A stretch of DNA of 64,000 nt from Vitrella brassicaformis CCMP3155 (lineage: Eukaryota; Protista; Chromerida). The first letter of the stretch is position 1. Each line of letters starts with the position of its first letter. Of this stretch, positions 37,157-50,059 are shown in pieces. Both the position numbers and the translations under genes were made by a program. Under the pieces are notes generated by a model that had not been told where the DNA came from, did no database searches, and saw only the letters and a list, made by a program, of their open reading frames with translations. The stretch covers positions 417,636-481,635 of the forward strand of contig CDMY01000336.1 in assembly GCA_001179505.1 (NCBI GenBank). Reading direction: 5' to 3'.

Positions 37157-37799
37157 GTAGTGAGTGTATGTCACTTCATGAGGCATTCGTGAGGGGCGTT
37201 TTATTAATCTTGGTACGTTATTTGGACTTCATGTGAGTTGATCAAGTAGCTGTGTAGCACTTTTTATGATGGGAAGACTGCTCTGTGGACTGGCTCGTGT
37301 CGTTCGTGCAAGGTGGCCACACACATACTCTTCATTCGTGTGTCGGGACGGACTCGAAATTGTCTACGACCAAGTGTGAAGGTCTGTCTTCATAGCGGCA
37401 CAGCTGAGATGGAAGTCTGAGAGACATGGCATCCATCCACTTTAGAGTCGACGCTAAGGCTGCAGACATATGAAAATGCCGGCACTAATGGATGGCGACA
37501 GACGCACGAGGACATTCCAGACAAGAGACGGCAGGATATAAAATGTAGGCAACGATGTTGATGGCGAGACCGCACACTCTTGTCGGTTTGGCCTGCACAC
37601 AGACAGACACACATGCCAGGCCAGGCAGAGCGAGATGTGTGTGTATGTGTGGGTACATGTCTCCGGCTGACCAGTTTGTTTTCGGACTCCTCGCCGCCTC
37701 TTCATGTCATGCAATGCAACGCAATGCAATGCAATGGAACGGTGTGTGATGTGTCGTCTAATCCCCCTTTTCGTCGACCTCATCGGGCACGAGAGGGTG

Positions 37800-40700
37800 T
37801 GTGTGTGTGTTGTCTACTTAGGTGCGCTCTTGGGCAAGTCCTGACACACGCACACAGAAGCACACAGAGAGAGAGGGCAGGCGCATCGCATGTGTGGCCG
37901 TCTTTGTGCGGTGCAATGTGGCTTCAGCCACTTACAGCGATAGTCGATTTGGTTTTCTTGGCCTCGGCCACCATGTCGGCCACCAGCTTCTGTGCGATGT
38001 GTAGGCGGGCCTTGTTAGTGTGATACCCGACCACCTGCACCACACACATCCACTCGCACACACAGCCATCCAGCCGCCCTGTGTGTGTGTGTGTGTGTGT
38101 GTGTGTGCTCACGGCTGTGTAGAGACGGTCTCCTACCCTACGGTCTCCGGTGAGGGCTGGGCTTCATCTGGGCTTCGTATGGCGCACGCCAATCGTCGAA
38201 CTGCTTCTTGAGGATGGGGTCCATGGAGACGATCTGCTCCATACGGCAACAGAGGTCCTGCTTCAGCTTGATGACCTACCACACACACAGCATGGTGCCG
38301 TCAGCGTGTGTGAGGCGGTGACTCTCTCAATCGCTCACCGTGTTGCATACATACTTCGGCGTACTTTATGGCCTCCTTTGCCTTGGCGGCCTGCTCGTCG
38401 GACCCTGTCAGACACAATAAATCCACACACAAATGACCTCACCCAACACGACCGCGGTCCCCCACCAGTCGAGTTCTTGGCCTTTTCTGCGCACACAAAC
38501 ACAGATGGCAGGTAACACATACATATCCGCCCGTGTGTTGAGGTGGGGTGGGGTGAGGTGGTTTAACTCACCGAGGATCTGTGCGGCGTGGTTGCTGAGG
38601 TCGGCGTCGTCCCTGCCGAGGCCGCTCTACTGCATCACCTCGGCGCGGGCCTTCTCCAACTTGTCTCGGATGTCGAGGAGCTGCTGGAGCTCACTGCAGG
38701 CACGTTCGAATGCCTTCTCGAATGCCTTCTCGAAGTACGTACACACACACGCACACACACAGACGTGCGCAAGCGTGTATGTTTCTTTGATGCATTTATC
38801 CACCCACCCACCCATCACTTCCGCAGGGGTCATGCTCTGCACCAACCTGGCCTGAACACAGCGCACCACACACCACATTACACACAGCCATGGATGGATG
38901 GATGGATGGATAGATGGCCATTGTGGGCATTCTCTCTCTGACCTGTGCCGATCCCCTCTTGGCGATCACCTCCTTCCCCTGCCGGACGAAGCTGGCTTGG
39001 CGGTGCACCCATTCCACCATCTGCTTCAGTTGGCGGTCCATGTGTGGCAGCATCTCTCGCACCTGGTTGATGGCGTAGCGTCCCGGATCCTCCTCGTCAC
39101 CGTCGCCGTCTTCATCCCTGTTGATACCCACGTACAGACACACACATGATGGATGAGTGTAAATGAGAGCCTCGCTGGCTGCGACGCATACACGGTGTCG
39201 ATGATGTGCAGCAGATGAGTGTAATGGCAGCTCCTCCTGCGATAACACACGAGAGACCAGCCCATGCACCCGTGTACATGATGCGCTGTGTTGTGTTGTG
39301 TTGTGTGTCAAGGACGCACCTCTTCATGTCTCGCTCGGCGATGTCCGGCAGGTTCAACACGGCCTGGCCCAGCTTCTTGACCTCGTCCTCCAGCCTGCAA
39401 CGCGCGGCGTTGTGGTTTCTGTCTGTTGGCTTCTTCCGTCTCACTCCTTGATCTTGGCTTCGTATTGAGCCATCTTGGCTTGGTGTTGAATGCCCAATCT
39501 ATCAGACCAAAAGACGCGGTGTCCATGTGTGCCCCATTCCTCTCTCTCTGCATCTTCCTGTTTCACCGGTCGTACGCCGCCTGGATGGGCCTCACGATCT
39601 TCTTGAGCCTGGCAGCTACAGAGAGCCAAACGAGACATGCATACGTTCGTGGCAGCCAGTGTGCTCGCCCGTCCGTCTTACGTGTCTAGCTCGTTGCGAG
39701 CGATGTCACGCTGTTCCTTGACCTGAACCACATAGCCGCGCAGCTGCTCCACATTTCCGCGCGTCCGCAAGTATTTCTCTGTCAGTGACTCCATAGCCCC
39801 GCCTTGTCGGCTGTCACATACACCGGATGCCCTCAATACACACACACGCTGGCGCATAATGGTTGCTTACCTTGATGAGTCTGTCCGCTGACATGTATGT
39901 GCCCACCTCGTTTGATATCTCCCGACACATGACGTCAGACGCCTGCCCCTTGTCGTCTTGCACCTACAAAGGAGCGGTGCAGGTAATTCATGGCACTGAC
40001 CTCGTAGACCCGTGCGAGACGGGAATCGGCTGAGCCGCGCTTGGAGACGGCATCGTAGACCTGTTACGTGTACTCGGGTGGCGCCACCGGCCTGATGGAT
40101 CGATTGAAGAAGCCACATGCAGTCAGTCGTGGCACACTCAGGCGGCTGCTGTGCGGGCTGACTGCTGCTGCATCTTGTTGAGCCGTTTGATGACAACTGG
40201 TAGCCCTGTGTCCTTCCTCTTGCCCCGCCAGAGGTTCCCATATCTGTGCACACATACACACACACGGGCGTATGTGCGGTTTCTGTCAGTGTGCGTGGCT
40301 GAGCGCGCCTGTCACTGATGTGTTGCGTACCTCCCGCTGGCCATCGGCAGTGGTTCTACGTTATACCGCTGTAGGATGTGGGCGTCATGCAGGGCCCACC
40401 AAACCTCCACCTGACGTCAGCATGTGCGCCGCTGGTCATCAAAAGCCGCTGGTCATCAAAAATTCCTGACTCCACGCTCAGCCGACCCACCTGTCGTCAG
40501 GACACCGCCCTCGTCTGCGTCTGAAAATCAGAAGTCCGTTGTTCGCTCGACAGCTCTGTGTCGCGTGCATTCATGACTCACTCACTCACCGTGTTTGTCG
40601 GGGTGATGTCGATGGGCTACTCTGCTCACTGTCAGGCCTGAGCGCCCTTCGAGCCCTCTGAGAAAAGGCATACAAAGGAGACATCCATCCATCCATTCAC

Positions 40701-40920
40701 AACGTGTGTAGTCTGCTGTGTTGCATTCAGTAGAAATGCAGCATCTCGGTGTTTGTGAGGGCCTCGGAGCTGCTCGACTGGTCCTGGGTGCATTGCTCGG
40801 TGGCTCATGTGGGTGGCGATGGGCTGCGCGTGGCTCCAGGCTGACGTGACGCACTGCATGCATTCACACATCAAGACAGCCACAGGCCCATTCACTCGTG
40901 TCAACACGTGTGTGGCTCTG
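37800..40920 (-). repeat. About 3.1-kb multi-exon block (module W, then coiled-coil exons, then truncated kinase N-lobe), duplicated at about 60900-64000; part also at about 48660-49700
   Basis: Shared exons VVGYHTNKARLHIAQKLVADMVAEAKKTK, KQFDDWRAPYEAQ, MLPHMDRQLKQMVEWVHRQAS and MESLxEKYLRTRGNVEQLRGYVVQVKEQRDIARNELDT, with substitutions and indels between copies. Confidence 0.85.
39870..40255 (-). pseudogene. Truncated protein kinase N-lobe fragment with premature stop
   Basis: YGNLWRGKRKDTGLPVVIKRLNKMQQ | QPVAPPEYT* (TAA at 40064-40066; the 63-kb copy has TAC) | VQDDKGQASDVMCREISNE. Confidence 0.6.
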
Positions 40921-42942
40921 TCCAGTCGTACCGTTTGGGCTGCTTGACGTCTCTTGGAGTCTCTGCCTCGGTGTCCTTTCTGGCCTGCTCAACCTGCACA
41001 CGGGCACCACACCACATCAGGCACACATAGAAAGAATGATGTGCACGTCTGTGTGTAGACAGGTACGCGTGTGTGCTTGCGAGACGACTGACCAGGTTTC
41101 TTTGGTGTCGAAAGTCTGAGAGACATGACCCCCAGAGACGCGGACATTCCGAACATGAGACAACAGAATATAAAATGTAGACAGCGATATTCAGGGACGG
41201 GCATCCATCCACTCTGCTCTCCGTCATCTCTTTCTTCTCCTCACGCCCCCTCTTCCGCTCCGAGATGGATGCACCCGACATGCTGACGCTCTCGTTCTCG
41301 TCGAGCTCACACATGACGTCGCTCTGCTGCTCGCCTCTCGGGACAGGGCCTCGCGGTGCGACTGAGCAGACTTAGGCCGTCGTTGTCGGCCTTCTATGCA
41401 ACCCCCCCCCNNNNNNNNNNNNNNNNNNNNNNNNNNNNNNNNNNNNNNNNNNNNNNNNNNNNNNNNNNNNNNNNNNNNNNNNNNNNNNNNNNNNNNNNNN
41501 NNNNNNNNNNNNNNNNNNNNNNNNNNNNNNNNNNNNNNNNNNNNNNNNNNNNNNNNNNNNNNNNNNNNNNNNNNNNNNNNNNNNNNNNNNNNNNNNNNNN
41601 NNNNNNNNNNNNNNNNNNNNNNNNNNNNNNNNNNNNNNNNNNNNNNNNNNNNNNNNNNNNNNNNNNNNNNNNNNNNNNNNNNNNNNNNNNNNNNNNNNNN
41701 NNNNNNNNNNGGCGATGGGCTGCGCGTGGCTCCAGGCTGACGTGACGCACTGCATGCATTCACACATCAAGACAGCCACAGGCCCATTCACTCGTGTCAA
41801 CACGTGTGTGGCTCTGTCCAGTCGTACCGTTTGGGCTGCTTGACGTCTCTTGGAGTCTCTGCCTCGGTGTCCTTTCTGGCCTGCTCAACCTGCACACGGG
41901 CACCACACCACATCAGGCACACATAGAAAGAATGATGTGCACGTCTGTGTGTAGACAGGTACGCGTGTGTGCTTGCGAGACGACTGACCAGGTTTCTTTG
42001 GTGTCGAAAGTCTGAGAGACATGACCCCCAGAGACGCGGACATTCCGAACATGAGACAACAGAATATAAAATGTAGACAGCGATATTCAGGGACGGGCAT
42101 CCATCCACTCTGCTCTCCGTCATCTCTTTCTTCTCCTCACGCCCCCTCTTCCGCTCCGAGATGGATGCACCCGACATGCTGACGCTCTCGTTCTCGTCGA
42201 GCTCACACATGACGTCGCTCTGCTGCTCGCCTCTCGGGACAGGGCCTCGCGGTGCGACTGAGCAGACTTAGGCCGTCGTTGTCGGCCTTCTATGCAACCC
42301 CCCCCCCCCCCCCCCCCNNNNNNNNNNNNNNNNNNNNNNNNNNNNNNNNNNNNNNNNNNNNNNNNNNNNNNNNNNNNNNNNNNNNNNNNNNNNNNNNNNN
42401 NNNNNNNNNNNNNNNNNNNNNNNNNNNNNNNNNNNNNNNNNNNNNNNNNNNNNNNNNNNNNNNNNNNNNNNNNNNNNNNNNNNNNNNNNNNNNNNNNNNN
42501 NNNNNNNNNNNNNNNNNNNNNNNNNNNNNNNNNNNNNNNNNNNNNNNNNNNNNNNNNNNNNNNNNNNNNNNNNNNNNNNNNNNNNNNNNNNNNNNNNNNN
42601 NNNNNNNNNNNNNNNNNCCCCCCCCCCCCCCCCCCCCCTGAGTCTGGGGAGGTGTGGTCCTGTTGGTGGTGGGGGCCGCAGCCCTCACCGCCAACAGCCG
42701 CAGCCCCGCTTCTGCTGCGGGGGCGATGGGGGCGGTATCATCACTGGCAGGTAGAACTGGGGTGGGGGTGGGGTTGGCTGGGGCCTCCTGCAGACCGCTC
42801 GGTGGCTCAGGGGCAGCGGCTCTATCACCGGCGGCAGCCCAGGGGGGGCGCGTGAACACGCGGCATCGGTCGTTTCTGGCTGCCGCCCCGCCGTCCTCCT
42901 TCTTGGCGCCGAGGGGGTCCTTGTGTTGGTCGGTGAACTGAC

Positions 42943-43544
42943 CGTTGGACAGAGTTGATCATACGATAGACGGACTGCATGCACCAAACAGCAGACCAAG
43001 CAACGACACACACACACTACCACTCATTGTCTGTGTCTGTCTGTGTCTGTCTGTGTCTGCGCGTGTGGCATTCATTCTCCATCTCTCTGTCTGCGTACGA
43101 GCTCGCCGTCGTAGCCGAACTTGGTCAGATCGAAGCCGTCGGGGTGGTTCTTGCAGTAGTCTCTGCCGCCCCAGGGCGGGTCGAAATGGACCTGCACACA
43201 CACACACACACACACATTCTGTCTGCGTGTGTGTGAGGGGGGGGGGGGCTGGGTGGCTTACGAGTGAGCAGTCGTCGCCTATCAGATCGTCTGTGACGTC
43301 GTTGAGCTCTTTGCTGCGCAACTCGTCAGCTGCACACACAGACACAGACACGTGTGTGTGTGGCGGGCGCCTTGACTGAAGCTCTTCCTTGCGCACCGTA
43401 GAGTCGGACATTATTGTCGGCATCCTCTTTGTGGAGGCGATTGGCCTCGACACCCACGACATTGAAGACACACGCGGACATTCCGAACAATGAGACAACA
43501 GAATATAAAATGTAGGCAGCGATGTTCATGGCGAGACCGCCCAT
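42943..43544 (-). pseudogene. Tgs1-like RNA-cap guanine-N2 methyltransferase fragment (motif I through post-PPWGG)
   Basis: (G)MGGLAMNIAA..VVGVEANRLHKEDADNNVRLYGAQGR (43544-43377) | ..DDCSL | VHFDPPWGGRDYCKNHPDGFDLTKFGYDGEL (43191-43099) | SVYRMINSVQ. The frame is not continuous across all exons. Confidence 0.65.
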
Positions 43545-43639
43545 TCGCTCAGCTCTGCAACATACAAACAGCGCATACCATCATGGCCACGTTCCTTCTC
43601 TGTGTGGGTCTGGCTGTCTGCGCACAAGTAGTTAGACGT

Positions 43640-44320
43640 ACGTACCTGCTGCTCGAGCTCCTTTATTTTGGCTTTGAGGCCGACCTGCTGCTCTTCCAAC
43701 TCCCGTAGCTTGGCTTTGAGGCCGCTGATGATATCCAACAACTTCTTCTGCTCGCAGGACACCACACACACGCACCCAGACAGACAGACAGACAGACAGA
43801 CCGTATAGTCCTGAGTCCGCTGACATGTATGTGCCCACTTGGTTGGCCTGCGCTGTTTCTGCCATTTTCTTGTTTGATTTTAGTAGATTCTTGATACCCT
43901 CCACGGCCTCCTTCTGCATGTCCTGCCAAATGTAGCAGCTCTCTGCACGCCACACAGACAGTATACAGCGCGGCACGATGCAGGCAGGCAGGCAATGGGG
44001 GCGACGCTGTTGTTGGTTCTCACCTCTCGTATGCTCCCGCTCCTCATACAGCCTCAGCCATTCCCTCCTCACGACGAGCCCACTGGGGTCCTCCCTCTCA
44101 TAACTGTCAAACTTTGCGACGCAGACACACATCATGGCCACGTTCCGTCACCCACAAAACACTTCTCCCTCCCGCCTTTGTTGCAGGGGTGCAACGTCTG
44201 ACTCCCTCACTGCCGCATACACACTTACCCTCCACTATCTGCCGCTGCTTCTCGGCCTTCTGACGCCAGGCCCTCTCCAGGGGATCTGCTGTGGCTATGT
44301 CTGCCATCTCTCTCTGTGTC
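43640..44320 (-). CDS. Coiled-coil cassette U2
   Basis: MADIATADPLERAWRQKAEKQRQIVE / KFDSYEREDPSGLVVRREWLRLYEEREH / ESCYIWQDMQKEAVEGIKNLLKSNKK / QKKLLDIISGLKAKLRELEEQQVGLKAKIKELEQQ. Confidence 0.55.
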
Positions 44321-44479
44321 TGTGCAGTTGCAAAACACAATTCTCCTTATGTCGGCCGAGGGTGTCTGCATCTGCAGTGGCAGGGCTGGCCTGGGTGTCC
44401 ATGTGGACGGCTGGCGGCGGGGGAGGGGGGGAGGGCGGCAGGGAGGCGGCAGTGGTGTTGGGTCTCACCGCGCCAGTGG

Positions 44480-45240
44480 TTTCTGGATTCGTACAGGCTG
44501 AGCAGCTGTTCGTCACTGTAGTTTCTCAGTTCTGCGACACACACATCCACACATCCCAACACACATTGCATTCATTGTACACATTGCATTTTGTGGGCAC
44601 CTGGGTGATCTGCTGCCGCATGTGCAGGTGGGCCGGCTCGCTGGAGAGGGGGCGGTGACGCGGGGGGTGACGTGGTGCTGCTGGTGGCTGGCGACTGAGT
44701 GGACACAAACAAACAAACAAACAACAAAAGAGTGTGTTTGCCTATTTCTCTGTGTGGGTCTAACTGTCTGCCCACAAGTAGATAGACAGACGTACCCGCT
44801 GCTGCTCGAGCTCTGCTATTTTGGCCTCGAGGCCGTCAATCTTGTCAAGGAGCTTTCTCTGCACTCACCACATCACACCATGCAAACACACCCACCCACC
44901 CACCCAGACAGACAGACAGAGAGACAGACAGATGAGAAGGTGTGCCGTATAGGGCTGTGTCGCCACATATGTACCCACCTGGTTGGCGTTGGCCCTCTCA
45001 CATATAGACTTCTTGCTCTTGAGCAGATTGCAGATGCCGTCCACAGCCCCGTTGTGCAGGTCCCGCAACGTCTTGCACCGCTCTGCACGCCACACAGACA
45101 GGACAATGCGACACGTATGGACGCAGGCAGGCAGGCAGTGGGTCCGATGCTGGTGTTGTGTTCTCACCAGACAGATACTTCCTGTCCTCGTACAGCTTGA
45201 TGAGGGCCACGTCGTCGTATTTCCTTATCTCTGCAGCATA
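44480..45240 (-). CDS. Coiled-coil cassettes U3 (fragment) and U4
   Basis: U4: EIRKYDDVALIKLYEDRKYLSG / ERCKTLRDLHNGAVDGICNLLKSKKSICERANANQ / EKLLDKIDGLEAKIAELEQQ. U3: AELRNYSDEQLLSLYESRNH. Confidence 0.5.
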
Positions 45241-45359
45241 CACAGACAGCGCATACCATCATGGCCACCTTCTGTTACCCACAGAGCAGAGCTCCTCCCT
45301 CCCTCCCGCCTCTCTTGCGAGTGTGCAACGTCACTCACTCCCCGCACAAATGCTCACCG

Positions 45360-46610
45360 GCCAGTATCTCCCCCTCCTCTGCCAGTGGCTCTTGCGGGCC
45401 GATGGTGGTCCAGTGGGGCCGCTGCTGGTGGCCCAGTCACGTCCGTCTGGAGGGCGGCTGCAGACAGACAGACAGACAGACAGATAACCACAGAGACAGC
45501 GCTTTCATTGCTTGGGAGTGTGTGGATTAGTGTGTGTGTGTTTGTGTGTGTACCTTTGGCTTGCAGGTCTTGGTAGTGCTGCACCGCCAGCTCATTGGGG
45601 TATCGCTTGACTGTGTTGACGCACTTCTCACCGCCTTGTTTCTTGCGCGGAAGCTGGCCTCTGAGCGCACCTCTGACCGGTCCCCCTCTCTTGGCAATCG
45701 GCCGACTTGTGCTAGTGATCATCATCCTGCCCCTCCCCTCGGCCCTCTCGCCACGCCCCTTGGTCACGGCCCGCTCCTCATCCCCTTTCTCCGTCGTCTG
45801 CTCTGTGCTGAGTGGGTCTGCATCGGGTGAAGCGTCGGGTGGCGAGGGGGCTGGGCTGGTGTGGACCTCTGATGCCTCGACTGTGTTGACGCCTTGATCC
45901 TTGGCCGCCACCTCCGTCTGGGTCTCCTTGGCGCGGAGAGATGTGGCCTGGTCGCCGACGGCAGTATCTGCAGTGGCAGGGCTGGCCTGGGCGTCCATGT
46001 GGACGGCTGGCGGCGGGGGAGGGGGGGAGGGCGGCAGGGAGGCGGGAGTGGTAGTGCTGCTGGTGCTGCTGGTGGCTGGCGACTGAGTGGACACAAACAA
46101 ACAAACAAACAAGAAAAGAGTATGTTTGCCTGTTTCTCTGTGTGGGTCTAACTGTCTGGCCACAAGTAGATAGACGTACGTACCTGCTGCTCGAGCTCCT
46201 TTATTTTGGCCTCCAGGCGGTCTATAATCTTAAGCAGCTTTCTCTGCACTCAGGACACCACACCATACAAACGCACCCAGACAGACAGACAGACAGATGA
46301 GAATGTGTGCCATATACGGCTGTGTCGCCACATATGTACCCACCTGGTTGGCGTTGGCCCTCTCGCAGATGGACTTTCTGCTCTTGAGCAGATTGCAGAT
46401 GCCGTCCACAGCCCCGTTGTGCAGGTCCCGCAACGTCTTGCACCGCTCTGCACGCCACACAGACAGGACAATGCGACACGTATGGACGCAGGCAGGCAGG
46501 CAGTGGGTCCGATGCTGGTGTTGTGTCCTCACCAGACAGATACTTCCTGTCCTCGTACAGCTTGATGAGGGCCACGTCGTCGTATTTCCTTATCTCTGCA
46601 GCATACACAG
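45360..46610 (-). CDS. Coiled-coil cassette U5 with long P/T/E-rich downstream exon
   Basis: Near-identical to U4 over 46180-46700, followed by exon ..TTPASLPPSPPPPPPAVHMDAQASPATAD..ELAVQHYQDLQAK. Confidence 0.5.
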
Positions 46611-47334
46611 ACAGCGCATACCATCATGGCCACCTTCTGTTACCCACAGAGCAGAGCTCCTCCCTCCCTCCCGCCTCTCTTGCGAGTGTGCAACGTCACT
46701 CACTCCCCGCACAAATGCGCACCGGCCAGTATCTCCCCCTCCTCTGCCAGTGGCTCTTGCGGGCCGACGGTAGTGCTTGGCCGACCCTTCTGCGATCCAT
46801 GGGTGGCTGCACATCGTCCACTGAGGGTGCAGCACCTCCCAGTATCTGGCGCCTCTTCTCGGCCTTCTCGCGCCAGGCCCTCTCCTGCGGCTGCCATGTC
46901 TCTCTCTGTCATCTTGTGTCTGTGCAGTCGTTGAGGTCATCTCTCCTCCTCCTCCTCCTCCTCCTGCTGCTGCTGCTGCAAGGCGCCATCCACCACCAGA
47001 CAAGAGACGGCAGAATATAAAATGTGGGCAGCGATAGTGATGGACAATCAGCCCTCTCCTGGGCCTTCAACTCCTTCACACCTGACACACACAGAGAGGG
47101 AGAGAAATGCTCATTCTGCAAAGCATTCACATTCTCTCTGCGTGTGTGCATGCGTACATGCGTCTTTCTCCGCTGTACGTCTGTGGAGCGGTGGGGCTGC
47201 TCTTGGACGGGGGGCGGGGAGGCGGGTGGTGAGGTGATGCTGCTGGCAACTGAGTGGACACAAACAAACAACAAAGGAGTGTGTGTGTTTGTTTCTCTGT
47301 GTGGGTCTAGCTGTCTGCCCACAAGTAGATAGAC

Positions 47335-47735
47335 CTACCTGCTGCTGCTCCAACTCCTTTATTCTTGCCCCCAGGCCTTCTATCTCACCGAGGAGCTTCT
47401 CCTGCAGTCAGGACATCATACAAACGCATTCAGACAGACAGATGACAAGGTGTGCCGCATAGGAGTCCGCCGAAGGTGTCCACCCACCTCGTTTGACTTG
47501 GCCGTCTCCAGCAGCCCCTTCCTCGCAGACCCCCTCCATCGCCCCGTTGTGCAGGTCGTGGAGCTCATTGCAGAGCTCTGCAAGCCACACAGACAGCACA
47601 CAGCTTCCTTGTATGGCAGGCAGTCGGTAGGGAATAGACTAAGTGTCGTTTGGCCCTCACCCTCAAAGAATTGTCTTTCCTCGTGGAGGCTGAGGAGCTG
47701 CTCGTCGTCGTACTGCCTCAGCTCTGCAACATGCA
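47335..47735 (-). CDS. Coiled-coil cassette U6 (U1 type)
   Basis: AELRQYDDEQLLSLHEERQFFEG / ELCNELHDLHNGAMEG.. / EKLLGEIEGLGARIKELEQQQ. The middle exon has a deletion relative to U1 that changes frame. Confidence 0.45.
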
Positions 47736-48119
47736 CACACACGGCGCATACCATCATGGCCACGTTCGGTTTCACACAAAACGCTCCCATATTTCTTCGC
47801 TGGCGTCTCTTGCAAGTGTGCAGCGTCAGTGACCTCCACACACAGGCTCACCGTTCAGCAGCTGGCGCCTTTTCACGAAGTGTTGGGCAAAGGCTCTCTC
47901 AAGGCCAGCGGCAAACGACATCCTATCTTCTCCTCACGGCCCCTGGGTGATCTGCTCCCGCATCTGCAGGTCGGCCTTCTCGCTAGAGGGGAGGGGCGGG
48001 GAGGGAGCGGTGGTGGTGCCACTCGGTGACTGTCGACTGGGGACACACAAACAAACATTGAAAGAGTGTGTGTCTCTTTCTCTGTGTGTGTCTGGCTGTC
48101 TGGCCACAAGTAGATGAAC

Positions 48120-48550
48120 GTACCTACTGCTTCAACTCCCGTATTTTGGCTTTGAGGCCGCTGATGATATCGAGCAGCTTCTTCTGCAGTCAGGACACCA
48201 TACACACGCACCCAGACAGACAGATGAGAAAATGTGTGCCGTATAGGAGTCCGCTGACATGTATGTGCCCACCTCGTTCGCCCGTGCCGTCTCTGCCATA
48301 TTCTTGTTTGACTTGAGCAGTTTCTTGATGCCCTCCACCGCCCCCTTGTGCATGTCCTGCCAAATGTAGCAGCTCTCTGCGCACCACACAGACAGTATAC
48401 AGCGCGCATGCAGGCAGGCAGGCAATGGGGGCAACGCTGTTGTTGGTCCTCACCTCTCGTATGCTCCCGCTCCTCATACAGCCTCAGCCATTCCCTCCTC
48501 ACGATGCGCCCAGTGGGGTCCTCCCTCTTATAACCTTCAAACTCTGCGAC
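48120..48550 (-). CDS. Coiled-coil cassette U7 (U2 type)
   Basis: AEFEGYKREDPTGRIVRREWLRLYEEREH / ESCYIWQDMHKGAVEGIKKLLKSNKN / QKKLLDIISGLKAKIRELKQ*. Confidence 0.5.
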
Positions 48551-50059
48551 ACAGACACACATCATGGCCACGTTCCGTCACCCACGAAACACTTCTCCCT
48601 CCCGCCTTTGTTGCAAGGGTGCAACGTCTGACTCCCTCACCGCCGCATTCACGCTTACCGCTCAGTGTATGGCGCCTCTTACATGCTGCGGACGACTGTG
48701 AGTCCACGCGGCCATTTCTTTCTCTGACGGACTCTCCTTTTCCCTGAACTTGCAGATGCCTCCTCCTCGTCGATCTCATCGTGCTCGTCCTTAGACAGCA
48801 TGTGACACACGCACACAGAAGCACACAGAGAAAGAGGGCAGGCGCATCGCATGTGTGGCCGTCTTTGTGCGGTGCTATTTGGCTTCAGCCACTTACAGCG
48901 ATAGTCGATTTGGTTTTCTTGGCCTCGGCCACCATGTCGGCCACCAGCTTCTGTGCGATGTGTAGGCGGGCCTTGTTGGTGTGATACCCGACCACCTGCA
49001 CCACACACATCCACTCGCACACACAGCCATCCAGCCGCCCTGTGTGTGTGTGTGTGTGCTCACGGCTGTGTAGAGACGGTCTCCTACCCTACGGTCTCCG
49101 GTGAGGGCTGGGCTTTATCTGGGCTTCGTATGGCGCGCGCCAATCGTCGAACTGCTTCTTGAGGGTGGGGTCCAGTGACTCGATCTTCTCCATACGGCAA
49201 CAGAGGTCCTGGTCCAGCTTGATGACCTACCACACACACACAGCATGGTGCCGTCAGCGTGTGTGGCGGTGACTCTCTCAATCGCTCACCGTGTTGCATA
49301 GTTCGGCGTACTTGTTGAGTGCCCGCATGGCGGCGGCGGCGGAGTTCTCGGACTCTGTCAGACACAATACATCCACACACACATGACCTCACTTAACACG
49401 ACCGCCGTCCCCCACCAGTCGAGTTCTTGGCCGTTTCTGCACACAGATAGCAGTCAACACAAAGATATCCGCACGTGTGTTGTTTTGAGGTGGGGTGGGG
49501 TGAGGTGGTTTGACACTCACTGAGGATGTGTGCGGCGTGGTGGGTGATGTCGGCGTCGTCACTGCCGAGGCCGCTCTACTGCATCACCGCCGATCGGCGC
49601 GGGCCTTGTCCACCTCGGCGAGCATGGCGAGCAGCTGCTAAAGCTGATCGCGGGCCTAGTTGAATGCCTCGTTGAACTCTGAGAACATACAAGACACACA
49701 CACACAGACGTGCATAAGCGTGTATCTTTCTTTGATGCATTCACCAACCCACCCAACCCACCTCCTCCTTGGCGCCGATACGGGGCTGGCTAACCTTCTT
49801 GTCGTCCTTGTGTTGGCCTTCAGATGCTCCACCTGCCGCACCGACACTCCAAACAATGAGACGGCAGAATACAAAATGTGGGCAGCGATATTCGTGGATA
49901 ATCAGCCCTCTCCTGAGCCTTCAACTTGTTCACACCTGACACACACAGAGAGGGAGAGAAATGCTCGTTCTGCAAAGCATTCACATTCTCTCTGCGTGTC
50001 TTGACACCCAGTGCGATCGGCTCTGCCGGCATCCGCTCATCTGCCGATGGTGGCCCCAT

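Noticed and set aside
40800-42317. Tandem duplicate 40800-41410 / 41711-42310
   Set aside because: The copies look identical, flank a placeholder gap and both end in the same poly-C run. Most likely a contig-overlap artefact, so one of the ten core copies may be redundant.
46999-47035. TATAAAA in the repeated core as a TATA-box promoter
   Set aside because: It faces the plus strand while all recognisable exons in the array are minus-strand, and no plus-strand gene follows. One copy has TACAAAA.
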